Virus record (IMG/VR): IMGVR_UViG_3300025168_000033
Coordinates: 32,001 to 96,000 of that record
Origin: a virus
Reading direction: 5' to 3' (one strand)
DNA: 64,000 nucleotides
Both the position numbers and the translations under genes were made by a program. Positions 40,012-50,144 of the stretch are shown here, in pieces; within the stretch, counting starts at the first letter, position 1; each line of letters starts with the position of its first letter. The notes under the pieces are model-generated. The model searched no databases, was not told the DNA's origin, and worked only from the letters and a program-made list of their open reading frames with translations.

Positions 40012-41227
40012 TATTATCGTCTATTTCTTCGTTTAGCATTGCATCTATTTCAGTACCAAGGTGATCGTCCAGATGACCAAATTCAAACATTGGCTTTATT
40101 ACTTTTTCATCTAGTTCATCAATTATAGGTTCCCATACTTCAGGCTTAAATAATTCTGATGCTTTACGAGCTTCACCTAAATGACGAATAACATATTTTT
40201 GTGCTGTTGCTTTTGGATAGAAATAAAAGATTTCACCTTTATGTTCAAATTTATAGTTGTTTTCTTCAGCTTGAATTTTTTCCGCATCAGTCCATTTAGC
40301 ATATTGTTTTTCTGTAAAGATATTTCCTCTACCTATTCCACAATTTTCCCATGACATAAATTCATGAAGACCGATATATGGATTCATACCTTTCTTAAAA
40401 TCAATATGAATCTTAACATTATGTGGTTGAGCAAATCGATTCTTCCAGCATTTAGATGTTAAAATCATACCAGTTTGTCTTTTTGCATCATCTTTATCTT
40501 CTTTTAATTTTGCTTTTGAATAGCAAGAAATAATAGAAGCAGAATATTTTAATCCTTCACCACCACCCATAACGACTGGATCACCATAGCCACCGATGTT
40601 TACACCAATGTGATTAGTTAACACAAATGGCACTTTACAACCAGTCAAATCATTTGTAATAATTCTAAATAAGGATCTAATTTTCTTAGCTCTTGTCATG
40701 TCGGATTTATCAGATCCACTCATGGCATCTTCTATTTCCTTTGTAGTTGCTAACATTCCAAGTGAATCTAATGCAATAAATATTTTAGGTAATTCACCAC
40801 CACTCATTTTTACATCAATCAATGTTTTAGTTACAGTAGTAATTGATGTTCTAAATTTATCAATATCAGAAATAGGTTCATGCTGGAATTTATTAGGGTC
40901 TATGCCAAATGTTTTTGCCATATCTCTATCCACTGCACCTTCCGTGTCATAATAAATTATTGTATATCCCATGTCCTGTGCCTGCTTACATAGATTTAAT
41001 AAAACAAAAGTTTTACCTGCACCGGATTCACCAGCAAGACATATTGATCGATTATTTGGTATTCCTTTTCTTAAGCTTCCAGTTAAAGTTGCATTAAGAA
41101 TATAATTACCGGTACTAATAAATTCAGAAGGTAATGCAAAATCCGATGTAGCAAGTGAATCACCAAATGGATTTATTTTTTTCATCTCTTTAAAAAGATC
41201 TGTTACTGTTATGTTTTTCTTTGCCAT
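40004..41227 (-). CDS. uvsX: RecA-like recombinase
   Basis: STG..LN..L.G, AGESGAGKT, YDTE, LDSLGML, DMTRAK, TNH, GGG..Y.AS, KNRF. Confidence 0.93.
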   Translation of the reverse strand: MAKKNITVTDLFKEMKKINPFGDSLATSDFALPSEFISTGNYILNATLTGSLRKGIPNNRSICLAGESGAGKTFVLLNLCKQAQDMGYTIIYYDTEGAVDRDMAKTFGIDPNKFQHEPISDIDKFRTSITTVTKTLIDVKMSGGELPKIFIALDSLGMLATTKEIEDAMSGSDKSDMTRAKKIRSLFRIITNDLTGCKVPFVLTNHIGVNIGGYGDPVVMGGGEGLKYSASIISCYSKAKLKEDKDDAKRQTGMILTSKCWKNRFAQPHNVKIHIDFKKGMNPYIGLHEFMSWENCGIGRGNIFTEKQYAKWTDAEKIQAEENNYKFEHKGEIFYFYPKATAQKYVIRHLGEARKASELFKPEVWEPIIDELDEKVIKPMFEFGHLDDHLGTEIDAMLNEEIDDNNE

Positions 41228-41246
41228 AATTTAATTTAATTTAGAT

Positions 41247-42419
41247 TTAAAAAAGTGCTGTTGTATAAACAAGATTTCTATTTAATTGTGGTAATCCAGA
41301 AGGGACTATTATTCGATTAAGAGGTTCAAGAATAAATTTTTCAAATTGCTTTTCATATGATATTTGTGCAGCAAATTCATAAGGATAATCCCCAGCTATA
41401 TAAGCAAAGACATTACAAAATGGATCATCTGTATGATAGAATCTAATCTTTTGGCCTGACGTAATTAACTGATATTTATTTTTGTATTTTGAATTATTTA
41501 ATAGATAATTGTAGTATCCACCAGCCCTAACATGAAAAGGACATTTTGATGCTATTTGAAATTCTGTTTTATCATCAATTATGTATTTCTTATAGTTTGA
41601 TATTGACCGATTTGCGCTTATATCTTCAATGTTAGCCATCTTAAATTCATCTTTAATATCCTTTAGAACTCCTATAAGCTTATCGGATCTTAATTCATCC
41701 TGAGCAAATATCCAGGAAACAAGATCTTTTAGTTTTTTACGAGCAAATGACGGTGTAGAAGATTGAATTAATTCCAGACCTTTTGCTTTTATTGAAGATA
41801 AATTATCATAATGCTTACCATCTTTCCAGATTATATTTTGAACATATTTCTTTTTAGCTACCCATATTCCGTTAGTTGCTATAGTTTCAAGTTCAAAATT
41901 TAAGAAGTTTTCTGAATTATGCTTGTTTGCATAAATTTCAAAACATTTATTTAAGTAAGGACCTAAACGATATTCATTAAGCTTTAGAATAAAATCGATA
42001 ATGCCACCAGACCAGTTAACCGCTTTCATTGCTTCATTAAAAACTAAATAACCTGAATCCGTATCTGTATAAATCCATACAGATTCTTTCATCGACGGTA
42101 ATGGCTTATCATTATCTAATCCTAATATTTTATGCAATTTATAATCAGTTGGCCAAAAGTCCTTGAAATATCGTTGAACACATTTTTCAGAATATTTAAT
42201 AGCATCTTGACCTTGTAATGTAATTGCTTCAGCAATATTTAAATTAAAGAAGTGAAAATATTCATTAGCAAAGGCTCCATAAATACTGTTAATTATAAGT
42301 TTTATGGCTTGTTCCTGTGTAGAGCAATCTAAAGATTCATTTTCTAGTTGAATAATATATTCCGATAATTCAGCTTTAGTCATTCCACTAACATCCAAGA
42401 TATTAGCAAATTCAGTCAT
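41247..42419 (-). CDS. gp43: family B DNA polymerase, C-terminal subunit (split gp43)
   Basis: KLIINSIYGA, ITLQGQ, YTDTDS, AKKKY, KGLE..SSTP. Confidence 0.92.
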   Translation of the reverse strand: MTEFANILDVSGMTKAELSEYIIQLENESLDCSTQEQAIKLIINSIYGAFANEYFHFFNLNIAEAITLQGQDAIKYSEKCVQRYFKDFWPTDYKLHKILGLDNDKPLPSMKESVWIYTDTDSGYLVFNEAMKAVNWSGGIIDFILKLNEYRLGPYLNKCFEIYANKHNSENFLNFELETIATNGIWVAKKKYVQNIIWKDGKHYDNLSSIKAKGLELIQSSTPSFARKKLKDLVSWIFAQDELRSDKLIGVLKDIKDEFKMANIEDISANRSISNYKKYIIDDKTEFQIASKCPFHVRAGGYYNYLLNNSKYKNKYQLITSGQKIRFYHTDDPFCNVFAYIAGDYPYEFAAQISYEKQFEKFILEPLNRIIVPSGLPQLNRNLVYTTALF

Positions 42420-42420
42420 A

Positions 42421-43188
42421 TTAATCTGGGGTATTTGAATCTACACCTAATGCCAAGTTAATAGCAACTTTAGTATCCGTAGATATTGAATTACAAATTA
42501 TTTTATTTTGAGCACCTGAACATACAGTTACAACATAACTTTCAGCATCGATTCTTTCTAGCTGTTTATTATGAACATGAACTTTTTCATGTACTTCAGT
42601 TACAGAATCATCAATAATATAATCGTAAGTGGATCCTTTAATATGAATTCCTTGTTCATCACCATGAATAGAAAAGATATCTGAATTACCTATTGTATTT
42701 AACGATATGATTTTCTTTAAATCGGTTTCAGTCATTTGAAATTCAAATTTCTTAGCAGTATCACTAAATGCTATATCCTGTTGAGCACTTGTCATGGAAA
42801 TAAATCCTAAATCGTGATGTAAGCAATTTAATTTGATTTTTAATGTATTGTCTTGTAATTCAAGATATTGTACAAAATTTTCATCATTAAGTGTTTCATA
42901 AACAATATGGCCATGAATAGCCGACATGTCAAAATAATTTAATGCTTCAATAATCTTTTTGCCATTAAAGAATCCCATTTTTAAAGGAGATTCTAAATCT
43001 TGATCCAGATCAAATACATCCGCAATATTGACAGTTGTAGATTTTACAACATCTTTAGTTGGTAGATATACATTGGAAGTTACTACTTCATTAGATAAAG
43101 TTAAATAGACCTGTGGATCCATTCGTAACATTTTTGTTAAAAGGTTGCTTAATGCATTTCCTTTTATTCTGTTGATTTTTACTTTCAT
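42421..43188 (-). CDS. probable sliding clamp (gp45-like)
   Basis: 255 aa alternating beta/alpha; adjacent to polymerase; gp44/62 present elsewhere in the window; no clear motif. Confidence 0.45.
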   Translation of the reverse strand: MKVKINRIKGNALSNLLTKMLRMDPQVYLTLSNEVVTSNVYLPTKDVVKSTTVNIADVFDLDQDLESPLKMGFFNGKKIIEALNYFDMSAIHGHIVYETLNDENFVQYLELQDNTLKIKLNCLHHDLGFISMTSAQQDIAFSDTAKKFEFQMTETDLKKIISLNTIGNSDIFSIHGDEQGIHIKGSTYDYIIDDSVTEVHEKVHVHNKQLERIDAESYVVTVCSGAQNKIICNSISTDTKVAINLALGVDSNTPD

Positions 43189-43282
43189 TTATTACAATTT
43201 AGTTAATTTATTAGTTATATTACTTTTTATTATTATTGTTTCACTCTTTATAACACTTACGCATTATATATCTTAATCAATA

Positions 43283-45451
43283 TTATGCGTCGCATCCACC
43301 ACCCGCACAAGTAAACATTGAATTTTCTGGCCTTTTTGGTGTAGCCTTTGAAGTATTTTCCGATGCAGATAACTTTTTATTTTTATCGATTTTTGATTTT
43401 GTTCGAGTATAGTAAACACCGGTTTTTAGTCCTTTCTTCCAGGCATAAGTTAATGCACTTGATATTTTGCTATATTTAGCATCTTTATGATAAACATTCA
43501 TGCTTTGAGATTGATCAACATATTGGTTTCTAATAATTGCTAAATCTAAAAGAATTTTCTGTGGAATTTCCCAAACAGTTTTATATCTATATCTAATATC
43601 ATCAGGAATTTCCTGAATATTTTGAACACTACCACCATGAGCAATTACCTTATCCCTAATATCCTGATTCCATAATCCAAGTTCATCTAATTCATTTACT
43701 AGATATTTGTTTATAACTATAAATTCACCATCACCAACCATTCTTGTAAAAATATTAGAAGTTACAGGTTCAAAACATTCAAATGCTCCTAGTAAAATAG
43801 CACTTGATGCAGTTGGCATTAACGCAATTAATAATGAATTACGCATAGGAATAGGTTCTCCTGCGGGTGCCGGCGACCATCCTTCTATATATGTTTCTCC
43901 TTTGCTATATTTACTTCCTTCCCAAGCTGGGTAATTTTTATCTTCTTCTATTGCTAATATCATGCTTTCTTCGGCTGCAGCTTTATACATTGTTGAAAAT
44001 ATTTCATCGTTATATTTTTTAGCTTCTTCTGATTCAAACGATATTTTCCTTAACGCAAGAAAATCAGCCATACCAGCAACACCTATTGCAATTGCTCGTT
44101 GATCTTCTCCTGCATTTTTACTCCATTCATCAGACCATTTGTTTTTATCAATTACACGATTCAAAGCTCTTACTAAAACCTTTGTAGATTTTGCAATAGA
44201 TTTCATTGTTTTATGTTCCGCTAAATTTACAGATGCTAATGTACATTGTGGTGTATAGCCAGGTTTACTAGCTTGCATGATTTCAATGCATAAATTAGAT
44301 TGTCCAATAACGCCTATGTTATCTTGCATATTTACTTTATTGGCATTATCCTTGTAGAACACGTATGGCGTACCAGATTCAACACAGGATCTAATAATTG
44401 CATCCCATATTCTTTTAGCTGGTAATTCAGTTCCTAATCCTAGCTCAACCGCTTTATTATATTCATCTTTTAGTTCCGATCCATGTAAATCGTAGAATGG
44501 TTTTAATCCGGCTAATTTAATATCATTAGGACAAAACACATAATACGGCGTTTCATTTGTTAAAGATTCCATAAATATATCATCAACTGAAACCGCCGTA
44601 AATAAATCTCTAGCTCTATTTAATTCTTCACCTATTGGCAATCTTAATTCTAAGAATTCTAAAATATCCGCATGCCAAGTTGAAAGATAAAGAGCACAAC
44701 TACCAGATCTATTTCCTTGTTTATAGAATCTCATGTGCGATTGAACCATATCAGAAAATCTTACAACACCACCAGCAAATCCTTTGAAACTTGACACCAT
44801 ACTTTTTGAGCTTCGTAATCTATCGATACAAAGTCCTATCCCTGATCCTTCTTTAGATCCGTGTGAAATTTTATCTAGGGTTTCATTGATTCCTTCTATA
44901 CTATCATCTTTTAATGTAGTCAAGTTACAGCTAATCATTCCATTTCGTCCTTCAATACCAGAATTAGATAATGTAGGCGTAGCAAAATTTATTTGCTTTG
45001 CATACAATTGATCGAGTAATTTTCTTCTTTCTTTAAATGACTCAGGATAAAGATGATTAGCAACTCTATTATGCATCATAGATGGTATTTCAACTGGAAC
45101 ACCATCATCATTCTTTTTTGAATATTTTGTAAGAAACGTCGAAGCCGCAAATGAATCAAATTTTTCATCTACAGCTTTTGTTTCAACTTCCAGTATTTTT
45201 GCCTGCCTCGTAATTAAAATTCTACCACCAAGAGTTGAATAATCTTGATGTTCGATTTGTAAATCCGCTGCTTGAAAAGCAATAATCTCATCAATATCAG
45301 TTGCAGTCATTTCATCTTTAATGTGCGGTACAACTCTTTGAAAAAGCTTGTCCGGATTAACATTAAGACCTTTTGATTGTCTTTTTAATCTTGTGAGAAT
45401 TTTATTTGGCATGAACGATTGTCTCGTTCCATCACGTTTAATTATCTTCAT
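43283..45451 (-). CDS. nrdA: ribonucleotide reductase class Ia alpha
   Basis: ATP-cone KIIKRDG, ATPTL.NSG..SC, SNLCIEI, CTLAS, MPTAS, DQSQS, KTGVYY, C-terminal CAGGGC. Confidence 0.95.
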   Translation of the reverse strand: MKIIKRDGTRQSFMPNKILTRLKRQSKGLNVNPDKLFQRVVPHIKDEMTATDIDEIIAFQAADLQIEHQDYSTLGGRILITRQAKILEVETKAVDEKFDSFAASTFLTKYSKKNDDGVPVEIPSMMHNRVANHLYPESFKERRKLLDQLYAKQINFATPTLSNSGIEGRNGMISCNLTTLKDDSIEGINETLDKISHGSKEGSGIGLCIDRLRSSKSMVSSFKGFAGGVVRFSDMVQSHMRFYKQGNRSGSCALYLSTWHADILEFLELRLPIGEELNRARDLFTAVSVDDIFMESLTNETPYYVFCPNDIKLAGLKPFYDLHGSELKDEYNKAVELGLGTELPAKRIWDAIIRSCVESGTPYVFYKDNANKVNMQDNIGVIGQSNLCIEIMQASKPGYTPQCTLASVNLAEHKTMKSIAKSTKVLVRALNRVIDKNKWSDEWSKNAGEDQRAIAIGVAGMADFLALRKISFESEEAKKYNDEIFSTMYKAAAEESMILAIEEDKNYPAWEGSKYSKGETYIEGWSPAPAGEPIPMRNSLLIALMPTASSAILLGAFECFEPVTSNIFTRMVGDGEFIVINKYLVNELDELGLWNQDIRDKVIAHGGSVQNIQEIPDDIRYRYKTVWEIPQKILLDLAIIRNQYVDQSQSMNVYHKDAKYSKISSALTYAWKKGLKTGVYYTRTKSKIDKNKKLSASENTSKATPKRPENSMFTCAGGGCDA

Positions 45452-45461
45452 GTTTTATATT

Positions 45462-46421
45462 TTAAAATTCTTCGTCGTCAAATATTCCTTCGTTTGATAC
45501 TGGTACATCTACTCGTGTATATCCACCACCTGTTCTTCTTTCAAAGAAATTATTCTTTGAATCTAATCCTATCTTTTTCATAAAGTCTAAAGGATTTCTT
45601 GTATTAAAATGTGTTTCGCCAGTAAAGTCATTTAAAACTATGTCTGTTACAAATTCAACATATTCTATCATCATTTCTTTTGTCATTCCTTGTAATCCAC
45701 TAGGCAAACTTTCATTTACAAATGTCTTTTCAGTTTCTGAACAGGATAAAATAATTTCTGTAATTCTTTCTTTAGATGGCTTATATTCATCTTTAACATA
45801 ATCCTTAAATAGCTGTAATGCAAATTCATAATGAAATGATTCATCACTTAATATTAATTCATTCATTTCAGCAAGTCCAGGCATTTTTTGTCTGCTTCTA
45901 AACCAGAATACACCAGCAAAAACAGATGAAAATGCAATTCCTTCAACACAAGCAAAAGCAATTAATTTTTCTATAAATGTACCATTATCTAACCAATGTT
46001 CAGCCCATGATGCTTTTGCATTTACAGATTTATTGGTTGACATAGAATCAAATAATTCCTTCTTTTCATGCGGATCAGTAATATAGGTATCAATAAGCAA
46101 TGCATATCCATTAGCATGTACTTGTTCTATAAACATTTGATGATTATAATAGTATTTAGCCTCGGATATATCTATATTGTCTATTACATTTTTTGAAAGA
46201 TTATCAATAACCAATCCGTCAGATATAGTAAAAAATGCCAATATGTTTTTTAAATAAAACTTCTCGTCATCATTTAATTCATCATAATTATCTTGTGCTA
46301 AACTTACTTCTTCAGCCACCCAAGTTTGTTTTTCTGCAGATTTATAAGCATCCCATAAATCTTGATTCTTAATAGGAAATATTGAATATCGCTTTTCGAT
46401 ATCGGCGTTTTTTAGATACAT
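45462..46421 (-). CDS. nrdB: ribonucleotide reductase class Ia beta
   Basis: W...EV.L..D, LAFF..SDG.V, E.VH..Y, VEGI.F, DE..H, NFFE. Confidence 0.95.
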   Translation of the reverse strand: MYLKNADIEKRYSIFPIKNQDLWDAYKSAEKQTWVAEEVSLAQDNYDELNDDEKFYLKNILAFFTISDGLVIDNLSKNVIDNIDISEAKYYYNHQMFIEQVHANGYALLIDTYITDPHEKKELFDSMSTNKSVNAKASWAEHWLDNGTFIEKLIAFACVEGIAFSSVFAGVFWFRSRQKMPGLAEMNELILSDESFHYEFALQLFKDYVKDEYKPSKERITEIILSCSETEKTFVNESLPSGLQGMTKEMMIEYVEFVTDIVLNDFTGETHFNTRNPLDFMKKIGLDSKNNFFERRTGGGYTRVDVPVSNEGIFDDEEF

Positions 46422-46452
46422 CTTGTTAATTTATTTTGTTAGTTTATGTTAA

Positions 46453-46932
46453 TTAATAATTACGTGCTTGGCGATCTTTATTTTCAGCCGCTTTAGCAAA
46501 ATAAAATGAAAAAATTTCTTCAGGCGTAAATCCAATTGATATAGGAAAGTTAAGCATGAAATGTAGAATATCTATCCATTCCATAAACAATTCCTTACGA
46601 TCTCCGTCACTTAAATCACTTATTTTTTTATCTTTATATGAATCATGTTTTGATTTCCAATATTTCCAAACTGCATTACCATCACCATCTTTAATTCCTC
46701 CTAAAGCATCCATCATTTCATGCATTTCATCCTGAACTGCAAATGTATTAGTCATCCAGAAATCTTTTATTTCTCGAATTGTCATGTTTTCAAAATCAAA
46801 TCCGTATGTATTTTCTTGCATTTCCTTTTGATGATTATAAATTGCAGCAAAAGTATCTACGCCATTTTTCATTGCCTCAGTATGTAATTCGTTTACTTTA
46901 AGGTCTTTGCATTCATTATCAATATTCGCCAT
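46453..46932 (-). CDS. dimeric all-alpha dUTPase/dCTPase (gp56-like)
   Basis: DE..E, WKYWK, EL.ME.IDILHF, Y..K..EN..RQ..NY. Confidence 0.8.
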   Translation of the reverse strand: MANIDNECKDLKVNELHTEAMKNGVDTFAAIYNHQKEMQENTYGFDFENMTIREIKDFWMTNTFAVQDEMHEMMDALGGIKDGDGNAVWKYWKSKHDSYKDKKISDLSDGDRKELFMEWIDILHFMLNFPISIGFTPEEIFSFYFAKAAENKDRQARNY

Positions 46933-46935
46933 AAT

Positions 46936-48345
46936 TTACTTGTTTTTAAGTTGTTCTTTTAATTTTACTAATTCAATTTCTAAAAATAAATGTCGTTTCT
47001 TAAGTGTTTTTCTTTGACCATATAATTCACCTAGCACCTGTTTTAATATAGAATCTCCTTCATTTTTAAATACTGCACCAGTGGATGACACAATTAAAGA
47101 TTTATCTTTTCGTTTTTCTTCAATTTCATTTTGATCGCTTAATTTTTCAACAAATACTTCAGGAGATATATTTATTTGGCGCATTACGGAAGGATATAGT
47201 GAAGCAAAATCAAAGCATGCCACTGCATCATAAAGACCAGGTACTGGTTGCTTTACATAAGCACCTTCATAAGCACCTGTTACTTTAGATGTATATTCAT
47301 CCGCAATAACCATATTATTTTGATAAAACTTTTTAAACATTAATGCTTCAGTAAGATTTACTGCAGAACTCGCTTTATAGATAGTTAGATTATTTAATGC
47401 CGCTACAGAAAGAATTGTATTAACAGTCTTTAGTTTTCTATGAATCAATGTTACTAATCCTGCATCAGCAGCATTATAAGCAACATATTTTAAATAGTCA
47501 TTTTCATACATATCCTGTATCGATCCTTGATATTTTACTTTATTAATACCAAGAACCTGTCGGCCTGCAGTATCTAATGAATGATTTTCTTTTGGTGAAA
47601 CAGTCCTATCGTATGACTTATAAATTTCCATGTAATCTATCATTCCTAGATGAATAGGCAGATCTCCGCGATATGATAATTCATTTACTGGTGATGCAAT
47701 TGCTGGATCGATTCCAAGATTTCTAGCTCGTTTAGTTAAATAGGCCCAGTCAAATCTAAACCAGTTCCAACCTGTTACAAGTGCAAATTTAGGAAGCATC
47801 TTTGAAAAGAATGTATATAACATATCAAATTCAGTTTCAAAGCAAATATATTTAAATTTAAATGTAAGGCCTAATTTAGCAAAATGTTCATCAATCATAA
47901 CTTGAACTCGTGATTGATCCGCTTGACTCATTGGTTTCCAACCTAATACAATAGCTTGTAAATCATCAGTTGTTACAGCAATAGTAGTAACACGTTCTTT
48001 AGCTATTTCAGTATTCGGGAATCCATCAATTACTTCGGTTTCAATATCAATAGAACTCATCTTAGGAAAATTGACAGCCGTAATTACATCTTTATCTTCT
48101 TTAGGAAGGTTTTCAATAATTTCATAGATATCAAATTTAGATAATTTACCTTTGACTGGCCTTACTTTCTTAACTGATTTACCATCCCAGTTTTTAAATT
48201 CATCAGATTTATTTGGATCTGTATCTGCACATACTTTCCAGGATTTGAAATTAGAAATATCGAATTTTTTAATTTGCTTATTTCCTTTAGCATCAAAAAA
48301 TGAAATATTCAATGCGCCATATTGTTTTTGAATATCTAATATCAT
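46936..48345 (-). CDS. gp43: family B DNA polymerase, N-terminal subunit with 3'-5' exonuclease (split gp43)
   Basis: DIETE, TGWN..FD, SLD, YN..D, YEGAYV..P, DFASLYPS, NISPE; ends in the fingers helix. Confidence 0.92.
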   Translation of the reverse strand: MILDIQKQYGALNISFFDAKGNKQIKKFDISNFKSWKVCADTDPNKSDEFKNWDGKSVKKVRPVKGKLSKFDIYEIIENLPKEDKDVITAVNFPKMSSIDIETEVIDGFPNTEIAKERVTTIAVTTDDLQAIVLGWKPMSQADQSRVQVMIDEHFAKLGLTFKFKYICFETEFDMLYTFFSKMLPKFALVTGWNWFRFDWAYLTKRARNLGIDPAIASPVNELSYRGDLPIHLGMIDYMEIYKSYDRTVSPKENHSLDTAGRQVLGINKVKYQGSIQDMYENDYLKYVAYNAADAGLVTLIHRKLKTVNTILSVAALNNLTIYKASSAVNLTEALMFKKFYQNNMVIADEYTSKVTGAYEGAYVKQPVPGLYDAVACFDFASLYPSVMRQINISPEVFVEKLSDQNEIEEKRKDKSLIVSSTGAVFKNEGDSILKQVLGELYGQRKTLKKRHLFLEIELVKLKEQLKNK

Positions 48346-48572
48346 ATATCTTCTAATTTATCGTTAGGAAATTTAGGAGTAAATTCATCATTTATGTGAC
48401 CACAGGATGCACATGCGAGTACAGGCATAGGAACAATTTGATCTTTATCGGATGCCATTATTATTTTTGAAATTCTTCGTAAAAACGTTTTATTCTCAAA
48501 TACATCATGGCTGCATTCATCACAAGTAACAGGTGTTGACATCATGATGTGTTGCATTGGATTGTCTATCAT
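48342..48572 (-). CDS. small zinc-ribbon protein
   Basis: CDEC...CASCGH. Confidence 0.65.
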   Translation of the reverse strand: MIDNPMQHIMMSTPVTCDECSHDVFENKTFLRRISKIIMASDKDQIVPMPVLACASCGHINDEFTPKFPNDKLEDI

Positions 48573-48629
48573 ATAATTTTGATTTAATTATTATATTCCT
48601 AGCAAGCTTCTATGTTTCATCTAGACTAT

Positions 48630-48656
48630 CAATCCTGAATAAAAAATTCAGGATTG
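48630..48656. terminator. hairpin between tagged-gene cluster and polymerase operon
   Basis: CAATCCTGAAT-AAAAA-ATTCAGGATTG perfect stem; weak T tract. Confidence 0.45.
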
Positions 48657-48719
48657 TAGTTACTATATTAAGTTTATAAAAGTGTATTAGATTGTATCAG
48701 ATGTCTTCATGTTACTTCA

Positions 48720-49358
48720 TTAATCAATACCCATTACGTTATTAAAACCTTGCTGTTTCAAAGCTTTTATTCCGTTATCTTGATGTCTTTTATTTTCACC
48801 TTCAACTTCGTAATATCCGCCATTTGCATCAACATGAGCTTTAATTTTTTTAGATGCAAAGTATTTTTCAATATATAATAATTGTTGAGACCTATTAAAA
48901 TCTCTAAATTCATTATGATCGAATTCCATTGATTCATTTACGAATCTTGAGAATTTCATAAATGCTGATTCATCTACTTCATCCTCGTCTTCATCATCAA
49001 TATCGCCATTTAAGCTATGAATTTTATCACCACTTCCGTTAGGTAATCCACCGTCGGCTCCAGGCATTGAAGTAGGACCCATTCCATTTACATTTCCTGG
49101 AGTTACTTCTTCTATCAATTGATCATTATCAAATTTTATGGCTGAAGTTGTATTATAATCACTAATTCTTGATTTAATACCATAAAGATCCATCATCATT
49201 TTAACAACAGTAGAACCTTTCTTTTTATCTTTCAATTGAAAGTAAGTTACTTTATCATTTGATTGAGATATTATTTGACTCACATATTGACTCAACTCTT
49301 TAGAAATATCTAATGCTGAATCACCTGATAATTGTCCTTTAAAGTTTGATTCGTTCAT
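48720..49358 (-). CDS. putative internal head polyprotein with internal tag and capsid-like N-arm motif
   Basis: MNE|S start, LIEE|VTPGNVNGMG...GSGDK, internal FMKFSRFVNE. Confidence 0.55.
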   Translation of the reverse strand: MNESNFKGQLSGDSALDISKELSQYVSQIISQSNDKVTYFQLKDKKKGSTVVKMMMDLYGIKSRISDYNTTSAIKFDNDQLIEEVTPGNVNGMGPTSMPGADGGLPNGSGDKIHSLNGDIDDEDEDEVDESAFMKFSRFVNESMEFDHNEFRDFNRSQQLLYIEKYFASKKIKAHVDANGGYYEVEGENKRHQDNGIKALKQQGFNNVMGID

Positions 49359-49364
49359 ATTGAT

Positions 49365-50102
49365 TTATTTTTTATAAGGAGCTCTAACATCGATTTTACC
49401 GCCACTTAATTCTTTTGCAACTTTATCAACCTGTTCTGGTTCAATCTTTGGCATATCCGCTCTTGGTGGTGCACCTTCTGGTGGTCCAACTCTTTGAATA
49501 GCAGCTAAGGCTTTTGCAATTGTAGCTTCACCTCTTTTTTCAAACCAAGCAATAGCTTTTTCTTTATTATAGAATTTTTTATCCATTCCTTCACCGTCAT
49601 AGATTGCAGCTTTAACATTATCCATAGTTGATGTGAAAATATTAGCATCTCCAGCAACAGCTAGACCTCTTTTATTTCCTAATGCATCTCCGGCAGCTCT
49701 AAGAACTGGAACTAAATCACCAATATTTAATTCAGATTGTACTCCTGTTACTTTTGCAGAAGGATTGTTGAACATTGTAGCAGCCCATCTATGATGACCA
49801 TCTAGAATTCTGTTATCTTGTGAAATAACAGCACCAAGATCTCCACCTTCAACTCCTACAATAGCCATACTTAATGCCTTAGCTAAATAAACTGCATCCT
49901 GTGATGGCTTTAATGATTTAGCTGGAATAGAAGCTTTTTTAGTTACTACTACATCGTCTTGAGTATCTCCATCTTTTTTACCAGCTTTAAAAAATTCCTT
50001 GTCATTTTTATTTCCAGGATTTGGAAATTTTGATGGATCGATTTCTTTAGTTTTTAAGCTTTCATTAATAACGAATTGCTCAAATGATATTAATTTTTTC
50101 AT
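49365..50102 (-). CDS. tagged ParB/sulfiredoxin-like protein
   Basis: MKKLISFEQFVINE; LKPSQ, VISQDNRILDGHHRWAA. Confidence 0.7.
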   Translation of the reverse strand: MKKLISFEQFVINESLKTKEIDPSKFPNPGNKNDKEFFKAGKKDGDTQDDVVVTKKASIPAKSLKPSQDAVYLAKALSMAIVGVEGGDLGAVISQDNRILDGHHRWAATMFNNPSAKVTGVQSELNIGDLVPVLRAAGDALGNKRGLAVAGDANIFTSTMDNVKAAIYDGEGMDKKFYNKEKAIAWFEKRGEATIAKALAAIQRVGPPEGAPPRADMPKIEPEQVDKVAKELSGGKIDVRAPYKK

Positions 50103-50144
50103 GTTTAAAAGTATTTATTTTATTTATCTTGTTCTATATGTAGT

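Noticed and set aside
41247-48345. Split intein or intron explaining the divided polymerase
   Set aside because: No Cys/Ser-start or His-Asn-end intein blocks, and the gap is filled by ordinary intact genes
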